A stretch of 64,000 nucleotides of DNA, from contig OZ176051.1 of assembly GCA_964247055.1 (NCBI GenBank), positions 558,001 through 622,000 of the forward strand, given 5' to 3'. Source of the DNA: Paragordius varius. Its lineage: Eukaryota > Animalia > Nematomorpha. This document shows, in pieces, positions 54,116 through 64,000 of the stretch. Within the stretch, counting starts at the first letter, position 1. The number at the start of each line of letters is the position of its first letter. Under the pieces are notes generated by a model. That model was not told the DNA's origin and ran no database searches. It was given only the letters and a program-made list of their open reading frames with translations. A program made the translations under genes and the position numbers.

Positions 54116-56113
54116 AAACTTTCTCCTTAAAAATCGGATATTGGTCACCGGTGAACAAATTATTTTTTATACATTCTCTTAGTAAGACTACATCAAAATA
54201 TAGAGATAGTTTGACAAACTCTTTCATATCCGATTTTTACAACGATACTTTAAAAATTAATGTGTTAAACTAGTCGCATCAATACTCAAGTTAAACTTTG
54301 TCCTCAAAAATCAGATATTGGTCATAGGTGAACAAAATTATTTTTTATACATTCTCTTAGTAAGACTACATCAAAATATAGAGATAGTTTGACAAACTCT
54401 TTCATATCCGATTTTTACAACGATACTGTAAAAATTAATGTATAAAACTAGTCGCATCAATACTCAAGTTAAACTTTGTCCTTAAAAATCGAATATTGGT
54501 CACCGGTGAACAAAATTATTTTTTATACATTCTCTTAGTAAGACTACATCAAAATATAGAAATAGTTTTACAAACTCTTTCATATCCGATTTTTACAACG
54601 ATACTTTAAAAATTAATGTATTAAAGTAGTCGCATCAATACTCAAGCTAAAACATTGTCCTTAAAAATCGGATATTGGTCACCGGTGAACAAAACTATTT
54701 TTTATACCGTCTCTTAGTAAGACTACATCAAAATATAGAGATAGTTTGACAAACTCTTTCATATCCGATTTTTACAACGATACTTTAAAAATTAATGTAT
54801 AAAACTAGTCGTATCAATAAATCGCATCAATACTCAAGTTAAACTTTCTCCTTAAAAATCGGATATTGGTCACCGGTGAACAAAATTATTTTTTATACAT
54901 TCTCTTTGTAAGACTACATCAAAATATAGAGATAGTTAGACAAACTCTTTCATATCCGATTTTTACAACGATACTTTAAAAATTAATGTGTTAAACTAGT
55001 CGCATCAATACTCAAGTTAAACTTTGTCCTCAAAAATCAGATATTGGTCATAGGTGAACAAAATTATTTTTTATACATTCTCTTAGTAAGACTACATCAA
55101 ATATAGAGATAGTTTGACAAACTCTTTCATATCCGATTTTTACAACGATACTGTAAAAATTAATGTATAAAACTAGTCGCATCAATACTCAAGTTAAACT
55201 TTGTCCTTAAAAATCGAATATTGGTCACCGGTGAACAAAATTATTTTTTATACATTCTCTTAGTAAGACTACATCAAAATATAGAAATAGTTTTACAAAC
55301 TCTTTCATATCCGATTTTTACAACGATACTTTAAAAATTAATGTATTAAAGTAGTCGCATCAATACTCAAGCTAAAACATTGTCCTTAAAAATCGGATAT
55401 TGGTCACCGGTGAACAAAACTATTTTTTATACCGTCTCTTAGTAAGACTGTATCAAAATATAGAGATAGTTTGACAAACTCTTTCATATCCGATTTTTAC
55501 AACGATACTTTAAAAATTAATGTATAAAACTAGTCGTATCAATAAATCGCATCAATACTCAAGTTAAACTTTCTCCTTAAAAATCGGATATTGGTCACCG
55601 GTGAACAAAATTATTTTTTATACATTCTCTTAGTAAGACTACATCAAAATATAGAGATAGTTTGACAAACTCTTTCATATCCGATTTTTACAACGATACT
55701 TTAAAAATTAATGTGTTAAACTAGTCGCATCAATACTCAAGTTAAACTTTGTCCTTAAAAATCGAATATTGGTCACCGGTGAACAAAATTATTTTTTATA
55801 CATTCTCTTAGTAAGACTACATCAAAATATAGAAATAGTTTTACAAACTCTTTCATATCCGATTTTTACAATGATACTTTAAAAATTAATGTATTAAAGT
55901 AGTCGCATCAATACTCAAGCTAAAACATTGTCCTTAAAAATCGGATATTGGTCACCGGTGAACAAAACTATTTTTTATACCGTCTCTTAGTAAGACTACA
56001 TCAAAATATAGAGATAGTTTGACAAACTCTTTCATATCGGATTTTTACAACGATACTTTAAAAATTAATGTATAAAACTAGTCGTATCAATAAATCGCAT
56101 CAATACTCAAGTT
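54116..56113. repeat. 4-mer HOR, period 725 bp (two copies plus a 3-mer derivative of 548 bp)
   Basis: ctttctcc-headed monomers at 54116, 54841, 55566, 56114; atactgtaa at 54428/55153; the third unit lacks the gtcctc/catagg monomer. Confidence 0.88.
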
Positions 56114-59100
56114 AAACTTTCTCCTTAAAAATCGGATATTGGTCACCGGTGAACAAAATTATTTTTTATACATTCTCTTAGTAAGACTACATCAAAATAT
56201 AGAGATAGTTTGACAAACTCTTTCATATCCGATTTTTACAACGATACTTTAAAAATTAATGTATAAAACTAGTCGTATCAATAAATCGCATCAATACTCA
56301 ATTTAAACTTTCTCCTTAAAAATCGGATATTGGTCACCGGTGAACAAAATTATTTTTTATACATTCTCTTAGTAGGACTACATCAAAATATAGAGATAGT
56401 TTGGCAAACTCTTTCATATCCGATTTTTACAACGATACTTTAAAAATTAATGTATAAAACTAGTCGCATCAATACTCAAGTTAAACTTTGTCCTTAAAAA
56501 TCAGATATTGGTCACCGGTGAACAAAATAATTTTTTATACATTCTCTTAGTAAGACTACATATAAAAATATAGAGATAGTTTGACAAACTCTTTCATATC
56601 CGATTTTTACAACGATACTTTAAAAATTAATGTATAAAACTAGTCGTATCAATAAATCGCATCAATACTCAAGTTAAACTTTCTCCTTAAAAATCGGATA
56701 TTGGTCACCGGTGAACAAAATTATTTTTTATACATTCTCTTAGTAAGACTACATCAAAATATAGAGATAGTTTGACAAACTCTTTCATATCCGATTTTTA
56801 CAACGATACTTTAAAAATTAATGTGTTAAACTAGTTGCATCAATACTCAAGTTAAACTTTGTCCTCTAAAATCAGATATTGGTCATAGGTGAACAAAATT
56901 ATTTTTTATACATTCTCTTAGTAAGACTACATCAAAATATAGAGATAGTTTGACAAACTCTTTCATATCCGATTTTTACAACGATACTGTAAAAATTAAT
57001 GGATAAAACTAGTCGCATCAATACTCAAGTTAAACTTTGTCCTTAAAAATCGAATATTGGTCACCGGTGAACAAAATTATTTTTTATACATTCTCTTAGT
57101 AAGACTACATTAAAATATAGAGATAGTTTAACAAACTCTTTCATATCCGATTTTTACAACGATAGTTTAAAAATTAATGTGTTAAATTAGTCGCATCAAT
57201 ACTCAAGTTATACTTTGTCCTTAAAAATCGGATATTCGTCACCGGTAAACAAAATTATTTTTTATACATTCTCTTAGTAAGACTACATCAAAATATAGAT
57301 ATAGTTTGACAAACTCTTTCATATCCGATTTATACCACGATACTTTAAAAATTATGGTATTAAACCAGTCGCATAAATACTCAAGTTAAACTTTGTTAAA
57401 AATCGGATATTGTCACCGGTGAACAAAATTATTTTTTATACATTCTCTTACTAAGACTACATCAAAATATAGAGATAGTTTGACCAACTCTTTCATATCC
57501 GATTTTTACAACGATACTTTAAAAATTATGGTATTAAACCAGTCGCATCAATACTCAAGTTAAACTTTGTCCTTAAAAATCGGATATTGGTCACCGGTGA
57601 ACAAAATTATTTTTTATACATTCTCTTAGTAAGACTACATCAAAATATAGAGATAATTTGACAAACTCTTTCATATCCGATTTTTACAACGATACTTTAA
57701 AAATTAATGTATAAAACTAGGCTTATCAATTAATCGCATCAATACTCAAGTTAAACTTTGTCCTTAAAAATCGGATATTGGTCACGGTGAACAAAATTAT
57801 TTTTTATACATTCTCTTAGTAGGACTACATCAAAATATAGAGGTTTGGCAAACTCTTTCATATCCGATTTTTACAACGATACTTTAAAAATTAATGTATA
57901 AAACTACTCAAGTTAAACTTTGTCCTTAAAAATCAGATATTGGTCACCGGTGAACAAAATAATTTTTTATACATTCTCTTAGTAAGACTACATATAAAAA
58001 TATAGAGATAGTTTGACAAACTCTTTCATATCCGATTTTTACAACGATACTTTAAAAATTATGGTATTAAACCAGTCGCATCAATACTCAAGTTAAACTT
58101 TGTCCTTAAAAATCGGATATTGGTGACCGGTGAACAAAATTAATTTTTATACATTCTCTTAGTAAGACTACATCAAAATATAGAGATAGTTTGACAAACT
58201 CTTTCATATCCGATTTTTACAACGATACTTTAAAAATTAATGTGTTAAACTAGTCGCATCAATACTCAAGTTAAACTTTGTCCTTAAAAATCGGATCTTG
58301 GTCACCGGGAACAAAATTATTTTTTATATATTCTCTTAGTAAGACTACATCAAAATATAGAGATAGTTGACAAACTCTTTCATATATGATTTTTACAACG
58401 AGACTTTAAAAATTAATGTATTAAACTAGTCGCATCAATACTCAAGCTAAAACATTGTCCTTAAAAATCGGATATTGGTCACCGGTGAACAAAACTATTT
58501 TTTATACCGTCTCTTAGTAAGACTACATCAAAATATAGAGATAGTTTGACAAACTCTTTCATATCCGATTTTTACAACGATACTTTAAAAATTAATGTAT
58601 AAAACTAGTCGTATCAATAAATCGCATACACACTCAAGTTAAACTTTGTCCTTAAAAATCGGATATTGGTCACCGGTGAACAAAATTATTTTTTATACAT
58701 TCTCTTAGTAGGACTACATCAAAATATAGAGATAGTTTGGCAAACTGTTTCATATCCGATTTTTACAACGATACTTTAAAAATTAATGTATAAAACTAGG
58801 CGTATCAATTAATCGCATCAATACTCAAGTTAAACTCTGTCCTTAAAAATCGGATATTGGTCGGTGAACAAAATTATTTTTTATACATTCTCTTAGTAAG
58901 ACTACATCAAAATATAGAGATAGTTTGACAAACTCTTTCATATCCGATTTTTACAACGATACTTTAAAAATTATGGTATTAAACCAGTCGCATCAATACT
59001 CAAGTTAAACTTTGTCCTTAAAAATCAGATATTGGTCACCGGTGAACAAAATTATTTTTTATACATTCTCTTAGAAAGACTACATCAAAATATAGAGATA

Positions 59101-59374
59101 ACTTGACAAACTCTTTCATATCCGATTTTTACAACGATACTTTAAAAATTAATGTATAAAACTAGGCGTATCAATTAATCGCATCAATACTCAAGTTAAA
59201 CTCTGTCCTTAAAAATCGAATATTGGTCACCGGTGAACAAAATTATTTTTTATATATTCTCTTAGTAAGACTACATCAAAATATAGAAATAGTTTGACAA
59301 ACTCTTTCATATCCGATTTTTACAACGATACTTTAAAAATTAATGTATTAAACTAGTCGCATCAATACTCAAGT

Positions 59375-61028
59375 TAAACTTTGTCCTCAAAAATCAGATA
59401 TTGGTCATAGGTGAACAAAATTATTTTTTATACATTCTCTTAGTAAGACTACATCAAAATATAGAGATAGTTTGACAAACTCTTTCATATCCGATTTTTA
59501 CAACGATACTTTAAAAATTAATGTATAAAACTAGTCGTATCAATAAATCGCATCAATACTCAAGTTAAACTTTCTCCTTAAAAATCGGATATTGGTCACC
59601 GGTGAACAAAATTATTTTTTATACATTCTCTTAGTAAGACTAGATCAAAATATAGAGATAGTTTGACAAACTCTTTCATATCCGATTTTTACAACGATAC
59701 TTTAAAAATTATGGTATTAAACCAGTCGCATCAATACTCAAGTTAAACTTTGTCCTTAAAAATCGGATATTGGTCACCGGTGAACAAAATTATTTTTTAT
59801 ACATTCTCTTAGTAAGACTACATCAAAATATAGAGATAATTTGACAAACTCTTTCATATCCGATTTTTACAACGATACTTTAAAAATTAATGTCTTAAAC
59901 TAGTCGCATCAATACTTAAGTTACACTTTGTCCTCAAAAATCAGATATTGGTCATAGGTGAACAAAATTATTTTTTATACATTCTCTTAGTAAGACTACA
60001 TCAAAATATAGAGATAGTTTGGCAAACTGTTTCATATCCGATTTTTACAACGATACTTTAAAAATTAATGTATAAAACTAGGCGTATCAATTAATCGCAT
60101 CAATACTCAAGTTAAACTCTGTCCTTAAAAATCGGATATTGGTCACCGGTGAACAAAATTATTTTTTATACATTCTCTTAGTAAGACTACATCAAAATAT
60201 AGAGATAGTTTGACAAACTCTTTCATATCCGATTTTTACAACGATACTTTAAAAATTAATGTATTAAACTAGTCGCATCAATACTCAAGTTAAACTTTGT
60301 CCTCAAAAATCAGATATTGGTCATAGGTGAACAAAATTATTTTTTATACATTCTCTTAGTAAGACTACATCAAAATATAGAGATAGTTTGACAAACTCTT
60401 TCATATCCGATTTTTACAACGATACTTTAAAAATTAATGTATAAAACTAGTCGTATCAATAAATCGCATCAATACTCAAGTTAAACTTTCTCCTTAAAAA
60501 TCGGATATTGGTCACCGGTGAACAAAATTATTTTTTATACATTCTCTTAGTAAGACTAGATCAAAATATAGAGATAGTTTGACAAACTCTTTCATATCCG
60601 ATTTTTACAACGATACTTTAAAAATTATGGTATTAAACCAGTCGCATCAATACTCAAGTTAAACTTTGTCCTTAAAAATCGGATATTGGTCACCGGTGAA
60701 CAAAATTATTTTTTATACATTCTCTTAGTAAGACTACATCAAAATATAGAGATAATTTGACAAACTCTTTCATATCCGATTTTTACAACGATACTTTAAA
60801 AATTAATGTCTTAAACTAGTCGCATCAATACTTAAGTTAAACTTTGTCCTCAAAAATCAGATATTGGTCATAGGTGAACAAAATTATTTTTTATACATTC
60901 TCTTAGTAAGACTACATCAAAATATAGAAATAGTTTGACAAACACTTTCATATCCGATTTTTACAACGATACTTTAAAAATTAATGTATAAAACTAGTCG
61001 TATCAATAAATCGCATCAATACTCAAGT
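59375..61028. repeat. 5-mer HOR, period 916 bp
   Basis: actagatc at 59643/60559; gtcttaaac+acttaag monomers at 59744/60660; 916 = 3x178 + 2x191. Confidence 0.85.
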
Positions 61029-61947
61029 TAAACTTTCTCCTTAAAAATCGGATATTGGTCACCGGTGAACAAAATTATTTTTTATACATTCTCTTAGTAG
61101 GACTACATCAAAATATAGAGATAGTTTGGCAAACTCTTTTATATCCGATTTTTACAACGATACTTTAAAAATTAATGTATAAAACTAGTCGCATCATACT
61201 CAAGTTAAACTTTGTCCTCAAAAATCAGATATTGGTCATAGGTGAACAAAATTATTTTTTATACATTCTCTTAGTAAGACTACATCAAAATATAGAGATA
61301 GTTTGACAAATTCTTTCATATCCGATTTTTACAACGATACTTGAAAAATTAATGTATAAAACTAGTCGTATCAATAAATCGCATCAATAGTCAAGTTAAA
61401 CTTTCTCCTTAAAAATCGGATATTGGTCACCGGTGAACAAAATTATTTTTTATACATTCTCTTAGTAAGACTACATAAAAATATAGAGATAGTTTGACAA
61501 ACTCTTTCATATCCGATTTTTACAGCCATACTTTAAAAATTAATGTATAAAACTAGTCGTATCAATAAATCGCATCAATACTCAAGTTAAACTTTGTCCT
61601 TAAAAATCAGATATTGGTCACCGGTGAACAAAATTATTTTTTATACATTCTCTTAGTAAGACTACATCAAAATATAGAGATAGTTTGACAAACTCTTTCA
61701 TATCCGATTTTTACAACGATACTTTAAAAATTAATGTATTAAACTAGTCGCATCAATACTCAAGTTAAACTTTGTCCTTAAAAATCAGATATTGGTCACC
61801 GGTGAACAAAATAATTTTTTATACATTCTCTTAGTAAGACTACATATAAAAATATAGAGATAGTTTGACAAACTCTTTCATATCCGATTTTTACAACGAT
61901 ACTTTAAAAATTATGGTATTAAACCAGTCGCATCAATACTCAAGCTA

Positions 61948-64000
61948 AAACATTGTCCTTAAAAATCGGATATTGGTCACCGGTGAACAAAACTATTTTT
62001 TATACCGTCTCTTAGTAAGACTACATCAAAATATAGAGATAGTTTGACAAGCTCTTTCATATCCGATTTTTACAACGATACTTTAAAAATTAATGTATAA
62101 AACTAGTCGTATCAATAAATCGCATACACACTCAAGTTAAACTTTGTCCTTAAAAATCGGATATTGGTCACGGTGAACAAAATTATTTTTTATACATTCT
62201 CTTAGTAAGACTACATCAAAATATAGAGATAATTTGACAAACTCTTTCATATCCGATTTTTACAACGATACTTTAAAAATTAATGTATAAAACTAGGCGT
62301 ATCAATTAATCGCATCAATACTCAAGTTAAACTTTGTCCATAAAAATCGGATATTGGTCACCGGTGAACAAAATTATTTTTTATACATTCTCTTAGTAGG
62401 ACTACATCAAAATATAGAGATAGTTTGGCAAACTGTTTCATATCCGATTTTTACAACGATACTTTATAAATTAATGTATAAAACTAGTCGCATCAATACT
62501 CAAGTTAAACTTTGTCTTTAAAAATCGGATATTGGTCACCGGTGAACAAAATTATTTTTTATACATTCTCTTAGTAAGACTACATCAAAATATAGAGATA
62601 ACTTGACAAACTCTTTCATATCCGATTTTTACAACGATACTTTAAAAATTAATGTATAAAACTAGGCGTATCAATTAATCGCATCAATACTCAAGTTAAA
62701 CTCTGTCCTTAAAAATCGAATATTGGTCACCGGTGAACAAAATTATTTTTTATACATTCTCTTTGTAAGACTACATCAAAATATAGAAATAGTTTGACAA
62801 ACTCTTTCATATCCGATTTTTACAACGATACTTTAAAAATTAATGTATTAAACTAGTCGCATCAATACTCAAGCTAAAACATTGTCCTTAAAAATCGGAT
62901 ATTGGTCACCGGTGAACAAAACTATTATACCCTCTCTTAGTAAGACTACATCAAAATATAGAGATAGTTTGACAAACTCTTTCATATCCGATTTTTACAA
63001 CGATACTTTAAAAATTAATGTATAAAACTAGTCGTATCAATAAATCGCATCAATACTCAAGTTAAACTTTCTCCTTAAAAATCGGATATTGGTCACCGGT
63101 GAACAAAATTATTTTTTATACATTCTCTTAGTAAGACTACATCAAAATATAGAGATAGTTTGACAAACTCTTTCATATCCGATTTTTACAACGATACTTT
63201 AAAAATTAATGTCTTAAACTAGTCGCATCAATACTCAAGTTAAACTTTGTCCTCAAAAATCAGATATTGGTCATAGGTGAACAAAATTTTTTTTATACAT
63301 TCTCTTAGTAAGACTACATCAAAATATAGAGATAGTTTGACAAACTCTTTCATACCCGATTTTTACAACGATACTTTAAAAATTATGGTATTAAACCAGT
63401 CGCATCAATACTCAAGTTAAACTTTGTCCTTAAAAATCGGATATTGGTCACCGGTGAACAAAATTATTTTTTATACATTCTCTTAGTAAGACTACATCAA
63501 AATATAGAGATAGTTTGACAAACTCTTTCATATCCGATTTTTACAACGATACTTTAAAAATTATGGTATTAAACCAGTCGCATCAATACTCAAGCTAAAA
63601 CATTGTCCTTAAAAATCGGATATTGGTCACCGGTGAACAAAACTATTTTTTATACCGTCTCTTAGTAAGACTACATCAAAATATAGAGATAGTTTGACAA
63701 GCTCTTTCATATCCGATTTTTACAACGATACTTTAAAAATTAATGTATAAAACTAGTCGTATCAATAAATCGCATACACACTCAAGTTAAACTTTGTCCT
63801 TAAAAATCGGATATTGGTCACGGTGAACAAAATTATTTTTTATACATTCTCTTAGTAAGACTACATCAAAATATAGAGATAATTTGACAAACTCTTTCAT
63901 ATCCGATTTTTACAACGATACTTTAAAAATTAATGTATAAAACTAGGCGTATCAATTAATCGCATCAATACTCAAGTTAAACTTTGTCCATAAAAATCGG
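61948..64000. repeat. 9-mer duplication, period 1650 bp (second copy runs off the window)
   Basis: gacaagctct at 62051/63701, followed in both copies by the tcacgg/gataat/aggcg monomer and the gtccataa head. Confidence 0.8.

Larger units (their letters stand above)
1..64000. repeat. Tandem satellite DNA array, 178-bp monomer (~355 copies), probably centromeric or pericentromeric; array continues past both window edges
   Basis: Monomer 1-178 (aaactttgtccttaaaaatcggatattggtcaccggtgaacaaaattattttttatacattctcttagtaagactacatcaaaatatagagatagtttgacaaactctttcatatccgatttttacaacgatactttaaaaattatggtattaaaccagtcgcatcaatactcaagtt) recurs head-to-tail (starts 1, 179, 357, 533, 723...) to the window end with no unique sequence. 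It has 51/178 G+C. Centromeric role is an inference from size and HOR structure only. Confidence 0.99.

Noticed and set aside
53540-55110. Single-copy 1-bp homopolymer indels (ttaaccag ~53549, gaacaaatt ~54158, tcaaatatag ~55100) as evolutionary markers
   Set aside because: They are private, lie in homopolymer runs and are indistinguishable from long-read consensus errors, so they were not treated as biological signal.
1-64000. Protein-coding ORFs or a repetitive-protein gene
   Set aside because: Each monomer has stops in all three forward frames (e.g. taa 13, tag 66, tga 98) and all three reverse frames (tta 12, 46, 53), so no frame stays open across a monomer; 178 is not a multiple of 3.
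1-64000. CRISPR array (palindromic repeat tcaccggtga at regular spacing)
   Set aside because: The sequence between palindromes is itself conserved, so there are no unique spacers; there are no cas genes or leader, and the period is far longer than typical.
1-64000. Transposon insertion, inversion or telomeric repeat interrupting the array
   Set aside because: Reading start to end, every segment aligns to the monomer in the same orientation; no foreign sequence, strand switch or telomere-like motif was seen.

Overview
The whole 64 kb window is one uninterrupted head-to-tail array of an AT-rich (~29% GC) satellite DNA with a 178-bp basic monomer, about 355 copies, all in the same orientation. 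Common length variants are 176, 179 and 189-191 bp. Every monomer has stop codons in all six frames, and I see no genes, RNA genes, transposon insertions or CRISPR spacers. The length, homogeneity and nested higher-order repeats (HORs) are typical of a eukaryotic centromeric or pericentromeric satellite, but I cannot name the organism or family. Shared diagnostic variants show a layered history: local 2- to 16-mer HORs, one ~9.9-kb (~55-monomer) near-identical tandem duplication, three domains with different variant sets (boundaries near 31.3 and 48.6 kb), and a few monomers that resemble distant domains. The monomer is rich in dyad symmetry, including a 14-bp inverted repeat, and indels appear to cluster at those dyads. 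I found no evidence of a novel protein-coding or RNA system; the interesting signal is in the repeat architecture. All offsets were counted by hand and need confirming by alignment.
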